DNA from: a virus
IMG/VR virus record: IMGVR_UViG_3300045972_000807
Coordinates: 1-64,000 of that record
Direction: 5' to 3' (one strand)
Length of the DNA: 64,000 nucleotides
Part shown: positions 1 to 8,676 of the stretch, one piece after another
How positions within the stretch are numbered: the first letter of the stretch is position 1
Layout of the letters: every line of letters starts with the position of its first letter
Translations under genes and position numbers: made by a program
Notes under the pieces: model-generated
What the model was told of the DNA's origin: nothing
The model's input: only the letters and a program-made list of their open reading frames with translations
Databases searched by the model: none

Positions 1-228
1 ATGGCACTTAACGGTGTAGCATGGACAAACGGTGTAGTTAGTTTAACGTCGGATTTGATTTTCGGCGTTTCGGTATTAGCCGAGACCGGCTGGATGCCGA
101 TAAGCCAGTTAGACAAGGACGACCTGGCTTACGTCCGAAAGCTGGTTGACCACAATACTAGCTGCCCTTTCCTTGAGGACTTGGCAGTTGCAGCAGTTAA
201 GCTAACTATTGTACCTGTAGAAGCTTAA
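1..228 (+). CDS. hypothetical phage protein (start at window edge uncertain)
   Basis: 75-aa ORF, first of a run of small + strand ORFs, followed by a hairpin. Confidence 0.55.
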   Translation: MALNGVAWTNGVVSLTSDLIFGVSVLAETGWMPISQLDKDDLAYVRKLVDHNTSCPFLEDLAVAAVKLTIVPVEA

Positions 229-238
229 CTGACCCGGC

Positions 239-260
239 GGCCCCTAGCGGGGCCTATTTC
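239..260 (+). terminator. probable intrinsic terminator
   Basis: GGCCCC-TAGC-GGGGCC hairpin followed by TATTTC. Confidence 0.55.
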
Positions 261-279
261 TAATTTTAGGAGAATCAAA

Positions 280-504
280 ATGGCTAAAGCAAAATCAAAC
301 GTTCAGGCAGTTAAGAAGATGATGGAGTTCAGTTCTGTGGGCCCTATCAAGCAAGTGTTCATCATGACTGCGCTCGAAGAGTACTCTAAGCAGATTCTTG
401 CTGACAAAAGCAAGTGGCCCGACAACTCCATGATCTCGCAAGAGGCTTGGAAGGCTGCCGCCCAAGAAACCTTGGACGATCTCAAAGCCCACTTCGGAAG
501 TTAA
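280..504 (+). CDS. hypothetical phage protein
   Basis: AGGAGA Shine-Dalgarno before ATG; 74 aa. Confidence 0.75.
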   Translation: MAKAKSNVQAVKKMMEFSSVGPIKQVFIMTALEEYSKQILADKSKWPDNSMISQEAWKAAAQETLDDLKAHFGS

Positions 505-507
505 GGG

Positions 508-702
508 ATGGCACACTACAAAGACGTTACTCGAAAGTCTATCAACGCAGAATGGGAAGACTCATTCATTACCTGCTTTTACAAAGAGGCAGACAAGGGC
601 GCAAAGATAGACTGGGAGACAGCAACCAAGCTTAGCCGCCAAGGTTGGGCGCCTAAGGACGCGGTAGCCGAGTATCTTAAACTTAAGGGAGAACCAAAAT
701 GA
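508..702 (+). CDS. hypothetical phage protein
   Basis: 3-nt gap from the upstream ORF; ATGA overlap with the next ORF. Confidence 0.7.
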   Translation: MAHYKDVTRKSINAEWEDSFITCFYKEADKGAKIDWETATKLSRQGWAPKDAVAEYLKLKGEPK

Positions 703-920
703 AGGTAACAAGCGAAAACACCGAGCCAACGCGAGGTTCGATTTCACGATTCACCGCTGAGGCGTCTGAGCTTGGTCTACCGCCAGGTCAATGGCCCAAG
801 ACGTTAGAAACAAGCTTGGGTAACGGGCAGCCCTTTGTGCTGTTCTCAGTACACGACGGAGGCACTCGCCATTACGAGCAGGACAAAGGCTGTATAACTC
901 TTTTGGTGTACAACGATTGA
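699..920 (+). CDS. hypothetical phage protein
   Basis: GGGAG RBS, translational coupling; 73 aa. Confidence 0.7.
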   Translation: MKVTSENTEPTRGSISRFTAEASELGLPPGQWPKTLETSLGNGQPFVLFSVHDGGTRHYEQDKGCITLLVYND

Positions 921-921
921 T

Positions 922-1218
922 ATGCCAAAACCTGCTAGGTGGCACAACGCGGTGATGCTAGAATCCTTCTTAGGCTTCTCTAAAGGATCTAAGATTAAGG
1001 TAAGACTAGCAGTGACTAAAAGGCCCTTAGCTGTAGGTCCCGTCTACATCTTGTTTGACGGGACTAGGTCGATAAGGGTAGTTAGCGAGTTATCAGGAAT
1101 GTTCCGGACTGCTGGAGCTTGCGATGTTTCCGAGGCGGTAACTAGAGCCTATCGAAGGTACTTAGAAAGAAATCCGCCGGGACAAAGATACACGGAGCAA
1201 GAGTATCTGTTCGATTAA
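922..1218 (+). CDS. hypothetical phage protein
   Basis: 1-nt gap from the previous ORF; ends just before the convergent hairpin. Confidence 0.6.
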   Translation: MPKPARWHNAVMLESFLGFSKGSKIKVRLAVTKRPLAVGPVYILFDGTRSIRVVSELSGMFRTAGACDVSEAVTRAYRRYLERNPPGQRYTEQEYLFD

Positions 1219-1219
1219 G

Positions 1220-1273
1220 GCAAGCAAAGACGCCTCCTAAGGAACCTAATCCTTAGGAGGCGTCTTTGCTTGC
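1220..1273. terminator. 24-bp perfect inverted repeat, probable bidirectional terminator
   Basis: GCAAGCAAAGACGCCTCCTAAGGA-ACCTAA-TCCTTAGGAGGCGTCTTTGCTTGC between convergent genes. Confidence 0.8.
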
Positions 1274-1277
1274 GGTT

Positions 1278-2540
1278 TTAGTCGTAAACTAATTCGGCTA
1301 CGTTAACCGAGTTACTACCTGGGTGTTGCGCTTCGTACAAAGCTGCTACACAATGCTCGTACAAGGATTCTAGGGAGGGGCCTCTTGAATCCATAAAGCC
1401 TGCTCTGCCGTAAGCCAGTCCTATGCTAACCGTTAACTTTAGTTCCAGCCTTGGGTTCTTGTCTGTTTCAGCAAAAACCATGAGGTAGTTAGCTAGGTCC
1501 TCGCGTATCTCTTCGGCTACCTGCATACAGCCAGGTACTGTAGTCTCCGGAAGGAAGATCGCAAACTCTGCTCCGCCTAAGCGCCCTGCAACGTCTGTTA
1601 CGCGAAGCTTGGCGTCAAGAACTCTAGCTACCCTTTTAAGTATCTTGTCGCCTATGCTGTACCCGTGCAGGTCATTGAAGGACTTGAAATCGTCTATGCT
1701 CATTATCAGTAAGCTGGAAGTTCCTTCGGTAAGCCTAGACGCCTTGATATAATCTCTATTGCATATCTTCCAGAACATGCGTCGGTTATAAAGCCCTGTA
1801 AGCTCATCTAGCTCCGTGAGTCTCTCAAGGTCGTCTCTTTGCTTGAGTAGCTTTTCATTAAGTTCTTTTAGCTGGCTATTGGTTGTCTCAGTTCTAACAA
1901 AGCTGTGCCACCTAAACGCTGATACTGCCATTGCTAATGGGGCGGACAAGACCAAGTCCATAGCCGAGTGTCTGAAATACTCCCCAACCTCAGCATTTCT
2001 TGCTAAGTAAACCCCTAGGGGAACCATCAGGTAAGCTGACCCGAACAACGGCACCGTTATGCTAGGCGGTGCATGATACGAAAGCGCAACGACAGCTAGC
2101 ACACCGTAGAAAACTAACCCACCTGTCTGCGCCCCGTTAACGATGTCCATGTACGATATGCTCAACCCGGCTATAAGGTAGACCGAGCTAACCACAAAGG
2201 CAACTAGCTGGGGATACTTATTGCTTCGCAAGGACACGGCACAAAACACCAGTAGGGCGATTGCGATGGCAAACATGTCCAGGTGTGCTTCAGCCTGCCC
2301 GCTTATAAGCTTTATCTGGGAGTCCTGAGCTTTCTTTTCTATAGCGTACCAGTAGGCCAAGTACGCGTGGGTGGGTATAAGACAGATCAGGAGAGCCAGG
2401 TAGCTTCTAACCGTAGAGATCGCCCCTAGCTCTTGCGTACTCTTGTACGTGGTTAAAGCGTCTCGTACCTTTTCGGGTATGGCCTTGAACATACCTGAGA
2501 CAATACCCTTGGTACTGTCGTAGTCTAAGATAGAATCCAT
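1278..2540 (-). CDS. membrane-bound degenerate GGDEF-domain protein (GGAEF), intact RxxD I-site
   Basis: About 6 hydrophobic helices, a coiled coil, then DELTGLYNRR, SIDDFKSFND, RVTD-VAGRL-GGAEF, TVSIG, ALYEAQ; ATG at 2540 has a G-rich RBS. Confidence 0.9.
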   Translation of the reverse strand: MDSILDYDSTKGIVSGMFKAIPEKVRDALTTYKSTQELGAISTVRSYLALLICLIPTHAYLAYWYAIEKKAQDSQIKLISGQAEAHLDMFAIAIALLVFCAVSLRSNKYPQLVAFVVSSVYLIAGLSISYMDIVNGAQTGGLVFYGVLAVVALSYHAPPSITVPLFGSAYLMVPLGVYLARNAEVGEYFRHSAMDLVLSAPLAMAVSAFRWHSFVRTETTNSQLKELNEKLLKQRDDLERLTELDELTGLYNRRMFWKICNRDYIKASRLTEGTSSLLIMSIDDFKSFNDLHGYSIGDKILKRVARVLDAKLRVTDVAGRLGGAEFAIFLPETTVPGCMQVAEEIREDLANYLMVFAETDKNPRLELKLTVSIGLAYGRAGFMDSRGPSLESLYEHCVAALYEAQHPGSNSVNVAELVYD

Positions 2541-2561
2541 ATTGTTAACCCCCAACTCTAG

Positions 2562-2762
2562 TTAGTAATGCTCACGTCTGCTATGGGTATCCCTAAAGTC
2601 GCTGTGGCTTAGCATATGAGGATCCCTCTTTTCGCTATGCCGCCTTCGTTCGGTAACTACCTTATCGGGTTTGAGCTTTCCCAAAATTTTTGGTAGTAAC
2701 AGGATAAAAATAAGAGTAACGCCTAGCACAGCAAATGCTGCGTAAATCACAAAGGGACGCAT
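2562..2762 (-). CDS. small single-TM protein with Arg/His-rich tail
   Basis: N-terminal hydrophobic helix and an ERRRHSEKR...SRREHY tail; fills the gap between the two GGDEF genes. Confidence 0.7.
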   Translation of the reverse strand: MRPFVIYAAFAVLGVTLIFILLLPKILGKLKPDKVVTERRRHSEKRDPHMLSHSDFRDTHSRREHY

Positions 2763-2821
2763 TTTTAATTCTAACCTTTATCTATAATTATAAGAGCTAG
2801 ATTTATTTAACCGATACCAAG

Positions 2822-4837
2822 CTAATTTGTACTGAAGTCCGGGTAGGCTACTTCAGATACTGCACTAATAGGAAAGCTAGCTGAATCTACAGGGCGGGAG
2901 AAATAGTACCCTTGCCCAAAGTCGCAGTCAATGCTCTTAAGAAGTTTGCCTTGTAAATTTGTCTCTACGCCTTCCGCTATAACCTTTAAGCCAAGCTTGT
3001 GGGCCATAACTGTTATGGCCTCGCACACAGACATATCGGGAGAGCCTTCATGCAAAGACCTTACAAAGCTTTGATCTATCTTGATGTAGTCAATGGGAAA
3101 CTTCTTTAGGTACGCCAAGCTAGAGTACCCAGTGCCAAAATCGTCCAGTGCTATCTCGATGCCACTAGCTTGTAGGCTATCGAGTTTATCCGCCACCGGC
3201 TCGTTGTTAACCATGATCGTGCTTTCCGTTATCTCTATAACCAGCGCATCCCCCGGGAGACCAAACTGATCTAGAGTTTCCTGTATCTTAAGCTGATGCT
3301 TGTCTAGAGACCGGAACTGGACTGCACTAACATTGACGCTCATCTTAAATTCCGGGTTTATTCTTCTCCAAGCAGCACATTGCCTTATGGCCTCATTGAA
3401 TATGAAGTCCCCAAGTTCCAAGATAAGCCCAGTGTCCTCAGCAACCGGTATAAACTCGGCAGGACTAATCTTGCCGTACCGGGGATGGGCCCACCGTACT
3501 AGGGCCTCGGCCTTAACAATCTTGCCTGTAGAAAGATCTACAATAGGCTGGTACTGCAAAAAGAACTCCCGGTTAGCCAAAGCACTATGAAAGTCACTTA
3601 TGATACGCGTACGCTTCAAGGAAGTTTCTTGCATAGCTGAGTCGTAGTAGCAGTACCTGTTGCGCCCGCTCTTTTTCGCCTCGTACATTGCTTGGTCTGC
3701 GTTCTTAAACAAGGTGGGTATGTCAACGGCATCTTTGGGATGGACTGTTATCCCTATGCTAGCTGAGACATACGCTGTGTCAGCCCCTAGCTTGAAACCT
3801 TCACTAAGGACCTTAAGTACGTTAGAGGCCACAAGGCCGGCATCCTCAGGATTAGCTATGTTATAGATAACCACGACGAATTCGTCTCCGCCTAACCGGC
3901 CAACGCAGTCTGTATTCCTAACGCAAGTCTTCATACGCGCAGCTGCCTCTACCAGAAGCCTGTCCCCTGCTTGGTGGCCGTGTGCGTCGTTAACTTCTTT
4001 GAACCTGTCAAGGTCAACAAACAATAGGCCAACCAGCGAAGTACTTCTTCCCGCAGCCACAACGTCTTCCAAGATGTTGTAAACTCTAGCTCGGTTAGGT
4101 AGTCCCGTAAGGCCGTCAAAGTAAGCACCCTTCCAGTTGGTTAAGACATTCTCGTAGTCAAGCGTGAAGCTTATAAACGCTAAAGAGGACAGATAAACCA
4201 AGGGCCCTATAAGGGGAAGATCAAGATACATACCATAGGCAAACACGTCTATCATCTGACCTGCAAAATACCAAGATAAGCAAAATAGCAGTATACCTGA
4301 CGTATGGTCCTGCTTGATTAGGTAATACTTTACTAGGTAGAACATCTGTACCAAGATAATAAAAAGCATTATTGCTTTAAACATAAGGTACTCGGGAGTT
4401 AGGACTCCCGTTGGGGATGCTGCGATGTAGTTGTAGATAGCTACGTCGCGCAGATGCATGTCTGGGCTAAACGCCTCTATGTTACCTATAGAGAGAAAAG
4501 CAAAGCACACTGCTAAGGATCCCAGAGCATAAGAAAATCCCAATGTCTTGGTATTACCACTTTTGGTGTACAGAGAGACGAACCTTAGCATCAACAGGTT
4601 AAGCAGCCCGCTGATAAAAATGCTGATAGGTAGAATGTGCCCAAACTCTTGCTGTGTGACAGCCAGCAAGAGATTCCTGTGGGTTAACCCAGACACTACG
4701 CCTACCGCGCACATTGCGGAGAACGTAAGGTTCATTTTGTCTGAGTGCCTTTGAATGCCTATCCTAGCATGGGTTAGGGAGGCATAAGCGCAAACACCTA
4801 TAAGAATATAGGTTATGCTAGTCATTATTGCGATCAT
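2822..4837 (-). CDS. 7TM sensor-GGDEF-EAL diguanylate cyclase/phosphodiesterase
   Basis: About 7 TM N-terminus; DGLTGLPNR, DLDRFKEVND, RNTD, RLGGDEF, ADQAMYEAK; EAL domain with YQP, EALVRW, VNVS, EITE, DDFGTGYSSL, KID, AEGVE, QGY. Confidence 0.95.
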   Translation of the reverse strand: MIAIMTSITYILIGVCAYASLTHARIGIQRHSDKMNLTFSAMCAVGVVSGLTHRNLLLAVTQQEFGHILPISIFISGLLNLLMLRFVSLYTKSGNTKTLGFSYALGSLAVCFAFLSIGNIEAFSPDMHLRDVAIYNYIAASPTGVLTPEYLMFKAIMLFIILVQMFYLVKYYLIKQDHTSGILLFCLSWYFAGQMIDVFAYGMYLDLPLIGPLVYLSSLAFISFTLDYENVLTNWKGAYFDGLTGLPNRARVYNILEDVVAAGRSTSLVGLLFVDLDRFKEVNDAHGHQAGDRLLVEAAARMKTCVRNTDCVGRLGGDEFVVVIYNIANPEDAGLVASNVLKVLSEGFKLGADTAYVSASIGITVHPKDAVDIPTLFKNADQAMYEAKKSGRNRYCYYDSAMQETSLKRTRIISDFHSALANREFFLQYQPIVDLSTGKIVKAEALVRWAHPRYGKISPAEFIPVAEDTGLILELGDFIFNEAIRQCAAWRRINPEFKMSVNVSAVQFRSLDKHQLKIQETLDQFGLPGDALVIEITESTIMVNNEPVADKLDSLQASGIEIALDDFGTGYSSLAYLKKFPIDYIKIDQSFVRSLHEGSPDMSVCEAITVMAHKLGLKVIAEGVETNLQGKLLKSIDCDFGQGYYFSRPVDSASFPISAVSEVAYPDFSTN

Positions 4838-4840
4838 TTT

Positions 4841-5740
4841 TTAGGTGCTCCTTGCAGCAATCAGCTTTACGCTACGCTCCACCCTGGGTAACAGTTTACT
4901 GTCCTCAGTACATATGGTTTTGTACGGACAGTAGTGGCAAAGCTCTTTTAGTTTTGGGTTATCCGAAAGACTTCGGCGCTTACTAACAACGACTTCTACA
5001 TCAGCTACGGTCTTGGCTTGTGACACAGCCAAGAACGCGCGCTTGTAACCTTCTATCCTTTTTAGGATCTTAGGGTACTCCTCCTCGAAAGTGTGTCCGT
5101 AGAACTGGGTGGACGATCTATAAACCCGTTTAGCATTGTTACGGGCTATGTAGATTAGAGTCCAGCCTTCTATGTCGTATCCTTGTTCCTTCAGCAAGGC
5201 AGCGTACGCTTCTATCTGCCTTACGTTTTCTAAATTAGGTAAGAGGCCTTTAGCCTCTAGTTTTCTCATCGACGTTGTCTTATAGTCGATGATTGTTATC
5301 TTGCCGCTCTTGAGAAGAATAGCCCCGTCGAGGTGGCCTACAACAAAGCCTTTTTTGTACTCGTGTTCTCGACCAACTACTACTTCGCTACCGCACTTTT
5401 TACATACCTTAGGCTTCAGGCAAAACTTGTGAAGTCTGCCGCACGAAAAGCATTTCCAGTCCTGAAGCAAAAATGGGCTATGGTCCAGCACCGCCTGTAT
5501 TCCGCTATGAACCGCGGTACCCACAGAGGTAAAGAACGTGCCCATGAATTTGTTACTACGCTTACCGCTTGAAGCACTTGGGTAACTTAATAACCATTTT
5601 GTTCCGCAGAACGGGAAACTAGATATACGGAGAAACCGTAACCTATCAGGGTCTAGCTTCTCCGTAACCTCGTAAGTGTCGATAGCATGTTCAATGGCCT
5701 GTTCAGCTGTCTTCACTACCGTGGGTTGCCGTAATTCCAT
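4841..5740 (-). CDS. Cas4-like PD-(D/E)xK exonuclease
   Basis: N-terminal Cys plus C-terminal CxxCxxxxxC Fe-S cysteines; GHLDG, IIDYKT, QxxxY; internal CxxC/CxxC. Confidence 0.85.
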   Translation of the reverse strand: MELRQPTVVKTAEQAIEHAIDTYEVTEKLDPDRLRFLRISSFPFCGTKWLLSYPSASSGKRSNKFMGTFFTSVGTAVHSGIQAVLDHSPFLLQDWKCFSCGRLHKFCLKPKVCKKCGSEVVVGREHEYKKGFVVGHLDGAILLKSGKITIIDYKTTSMRKLEAKGLLPNLENVRQIEAYAALLKEQGYDIEGWTLIYIARNNAKRVYRSSTQFYGHTFEEEYPKILKRIEGYKRAFLAVSQAKTVADVEVVVSKRRSLSDNPKLKELCHYCPYKTICTEDSKLLPRVERSVKLIAARST

Positions 5741-6052
5741 TTAGTGTACTGCACCTGAAGGGGTGCAGCTCATAAGCAGGTTATTCAAATCCAGAGTTAT
5801 ACGCATAACGCCGTTACCCGGGAGCTCCAACTGAGCCTCCAAGGGAAGGTGAAGCAGACTAATAGCACTTGTAACGGCGTCTTCAAGATGCTTCTCATAG
5901 GAGAACCCAGGAGTCATCTTTTCAGGTGGGACATTAGAGAGCCGAATAAGCTCTTCGGTGAACGTATGGCACAGGGCGTTGGTGTCGGAAAAATGTAACC
6001 GCACTCGAGGTGTGGTATATACTGATATGTGAACCATTATAGGTCCTTTCAT
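5741..6052 (-). CDS. hypothetical protein
   Basis: Abuts the Cas4-like gene with no gap, same strand. Confidence 0.6.
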   Translation of the reverse strand: MKGPIMVHISVYTTPRVRLHFSDTNALCHTFTEELIRLSNVPPEKMTPGFSYEKHLEDAVTSAISLLHLPLEAQLELPGNGVMRITLDLNNLLMSCTPSGAVH

Positions 6053-6088
6053 TGCCCTTACCTAAAAGGAATTATGTTATGTCGTTGA

Positions 6089-6535
6089 CTATCTGTTGTG
6101 CGCGTCCCACGCCTTATTTACCAAGTCTTCATGAGGTACAAAAGACCTTAGGTGCTTCCAACCTGCAGAGGGTCCCCAACGCTTTTCGTTGTCCTCCGGT
6201 ATCTTGGACCTGGTGTATTGTTCCACCTGAATGACCTTAGGGCCACTAAACGAGAAACAAAACTCTAGCATTACTTCAGGACGTATCTTACCTTCAGGCG
6301 TCTTGTGAACAGACGAGAAGTAAGCGTACATCTGTACCTTAGCGAATCCCCATTTGTCCACACCGTACTTGTAGGCGTGTTCATAGTTTTGATACTCCTG
6401 AAACCAAGGGTGCTTAAGCATAGAGTTGGTGCGCCCTTTGCCTAGCTTCTTTACCAAGTCTTTATCTAGTATCGGTGCCAACGGCACCTCTACAGACGAT
6501 AGGACTCTGCGGGTTCTGAGTTTACGAATAGACAC
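6089..6535 (-). CDS. hypothetical protein, possible head protein (SIRK leader)
   Basis: AAGGA RBS; N-terminus SIRKLRTRRVLSS resembles other putative head-protein leaders. Confidence 0.7.
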   Translation of the reverse strand: MSIRKLRTRRVLSSVEVPLAPILDKDLVKKLGKGRTNSMLKHPWFQEYQNYEHAYKYGVDKWGFAKVQMYAYFSSVHKTPEGKIRPEVMLEFCFSFSGPKVIQVEQYTRSKIPEDNEKRWGPSAGWKHLRSFVPHEDLVNKAWDAHNR

Positions 6536-6544
6536 GCTAAGTCC

Positions 6545-7240
6545 TTATCGGTTCCGGAACGCGTTGGTTAGCTCGGTGTTCCAGTCATGGTTGGATATGG
6601 CTGAAGGGTAGGCGGGGTCTTCCACTGCTGAGAGCTCGAAGGGTTTAATGTCGTGAACATTACGGAAGATCAGGAGCCCACCTTCTTCGTAGAACTCCAC
6701 GGGTTGCTTGGGGTTTATGTGCCGGCATTGGCCTTCAATGGCTCCGCAGCAGGAACAGCTATAGTCAGAAACCATACAGCCCATGCTCCATGTTGTCAGG
6801 TCACCCGAGACAATACGCGAGGTTACGTCTGTGCGCTTGGTTGTATCCACAGCTGCGAGTGCCATAACCTTGTAGATACGACCACCGTTGTAACCTTCAG
6901 CGGGCACAAGTGCTACGTCAGCAATGATGCCGATAGCAGCATCGTGTATCTCACTCTTGTGCTCGTAGTGCAACGGCATACCTGCCCATCCCTTGTAGCC
7001 TTGCCGGCCCAACTCTGGATTCCAGCGTACTAGCTCAGCCAAAGGAATGCCGATCCCGTTACGGTTGGGCAAGTCCGAGGTAAGAATGGGTACCACGGAG
7101 AAATGGTAATCGCTAACGTTACTGCTAAGGTTGAACGGCTTGCAGGCGAAAGGCAGGATACGCTCAAAGTCCAGAGTTTGAGCGTCGGATGCGTGAACGG
7201 CCTTAGCGGCTGCGGTGATGTTTAGTCTTTGAATTGCCAT
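6545..7240 (-). CDS. putative prohead (capsid maturation) protease
   Basis: PNRNG, PLHYEH, WSMGC followed by CSCCG...C-x-H and ELSAVEDPA, typical of herpes/HK97-fold phage proteases; lies near the portal. Confidence 0.65.
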   Translation of the reverse strand: MAIQRLNITAAAKAVHASDAQTLDFERILPFACKPFNLSSNVSDYHFSVVPILTSDLPNRNGIGIPLAELVRWNPELGRQGYKGWAGMPLHYEHKSEIHDAAIGIIADVALVPAEGYNGGRIYKVMALAAVDTTKRTDVTSRIVSGDLTTWSMGCMVSDYSCSCCGAIEGQCRHINPKQPVEFYEEGGLLIFRNVHDIKPFELSAVEDPAYPSAISNHDWNTELTNAFRNR

Positions 7241-7251
7241 GATTTTTCCGA

Positions 7252-7500
7252 TTAGGATTTAAGACGCGTGCCGTCCTTGGTATACATCTTGTACTGCTTA
7301 TTAAGCGAGTTCAGCTCAGCAGAGTCGCCTGCAAGATACGCTTTATCGGTAGAGGTCGCTTTACCATCCTTTACCTTAGCCTTGTAAGAGTTAACTGTCT
7401 CCTCCAGCTGCTTCTTACGCGGCTCATACTGGAACTTAATCCAGGATTCGATAGACGCGTAACCTCCGTAGTTACCGGCTGTTAAATTTTTTATAGGCAT
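7252..7500 (-). CDS. hypothetical protein, possible head protein (MPIK leader)
   Basis: ATG at 7500 overlaps the upstream TAA; MPIKNLTAG. Confidence 0.65.
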   Translation of the reverse strand: MPIKNLTAGNYGGYASIESWIKFQYEPRKKQLEETVNSYKAKVKDGKATSTDKAYLAGDSAELNSLNKQYKMYTKDGTRLKS

Positions 7501-7934
7501 TACTTGTATCCTAATATCTTGATTGAAAGCCACTTAGAAGGGTCTTCCGTCTGAGCTAAATTAGTTAGCTCCCTGGAAGCTGCTATGTTAACCTTAGCCC
7601 ACTCGAGGCTACTTAACGTAGCATTTTCAGAAATTCGGAGTAACCGTAGACCCAGAGCTCTTTTGTACCGGGCACCTGCGTCTGCAATTGTCTTGGCCGT
7701 TACTAGCTCATGGTTGCCCGCGTGGAAAACAGGCGAGACTATGAACTGTACCAGCCTGTCCTTAATACGCCAAGCCCGTGACCCGATGGGTGTAATCATA
7801 GCAACAGGCATGGACTCAGGATCTCTGCGAGAACCGTAGTCACTAATGAACTCTACGCTTTTAGGGGTCACTGTTTGGATTAAACCAGTGCCTTTTTGAA
7901 GCACTAGGTAGTCACCAGATTTAGGCTTGGACAT
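7500..7934 (-). CDS. hypothetical protein
   Basis: AGGA RBS; 144 aa in the head operon. Confidence 0.7.
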   Translation of the reverse strand: MSKPKSGDYLVLQKGTGLIQTVTPKSVEFISDYGSRRDPESMPVAMITPIGSRAWRIKDRLVQFIVSPVFHAGNHELVTAKTIADAGARYKRALGLRLLRISENATLSSLEWAKVNIAASRELTNLAQTEDPSKWLSIKILGYK

Positions 7935-7948
7935 TTGGCAGTTTCCTA

Positions 7949-8416
7949 CTAAACGAAAGGAGAATAGAAAAAATTTTGAGGCAACACTACACCTTGGTTG
8001 CCACTAGGCCGAACGGGAGGCATCTTGTTTAGAGTCAAGCTCATACCAGGTGGTACAACCCGCTCGTCAGACTGGCGAATAAGCTCGGGATAGTGCTCAG
8101 TGCCTTCACCGTGTGAGAAGCGGATGCCTGTGCTTTGCTGAGGACGCATGTCCTTAACAATCCAGTCTTCACAGCAGTCAGGCATAACAGGCTCTTCCTC
8201 GATGATGTAGGCGCGCCACGTAGTAGGCAAAAGACTTTCTACGCGCTTTACGCCCACAACCTTTAGCTGAGAATCAACCCATGCCGAGTCTTCGCCAGCA
8301 GGAGCTTGAACCTGGACACGCTGAAGGTCAGCACCGTCCTTTAGTGCCATAAGGTCCTTGAGCACCTGAGCCTTTAGCTCAGTATCGTACTTGTCCCAAA
8401 TGATTCCGATGTCCAT
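7949..8416 (-). CDS. hypothetical protein
   Basis: GGAGG RBS; 155 aa. Confidence 0.7.
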   Translation of the reverse strand: MDIGIIWDKYDTELKAQVLKDLMALKDGADLQRVQVQAPAGEDSAWVDSQLKVVGVKRVESLLPTTWRAYIIEEEPVMPDCCEDWIVKDMRPQQSTGIRFSHGEGTEHYPELIRQSDERVVPPGMSLTLNKMPPVRPSGNQGVVLPQNFFYSPFV

Positions 8417-8417
8417 A

Positions 8418-8672
8418 TCAGCCTCCTACGTCAATCATAGAGTCAGGCACCGCGCCAACCGCCCGGTCATCACGGCACAGGAACACAGGCTCCATCTGGC
8501 CGCTCATGGTTCGCACAGAAGAACGAACCATGGGCTTATGGCAGTAAGGGCACACCGAAGGATCAGAGTAGTCAATCTTGTCCTTGGGCTTAGGCGTCAG
8601 GAACGCTGTTTCCTTTTGAGGAGTTAGCTTGTCGAACGCGCTTGCCAGTAAGGCAGTTTTGAGGTATGTCAT
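8418..8672 (-). CDS. small zinc-ribbon-like protein
   Basis: CPYC...LCRDD; directly downstream of the portal. Confidence 0.7.
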   Translation of the reverse strand: MTYLKTALLASAFDKLTPQKETAFLTPKPKDKIDYSDPSVCPYCHKPMVRSSVRTMSGQMEPVFLCRDDRAVGAVPDSMIDVGG

Positions 8673-8676
8673 TTAT

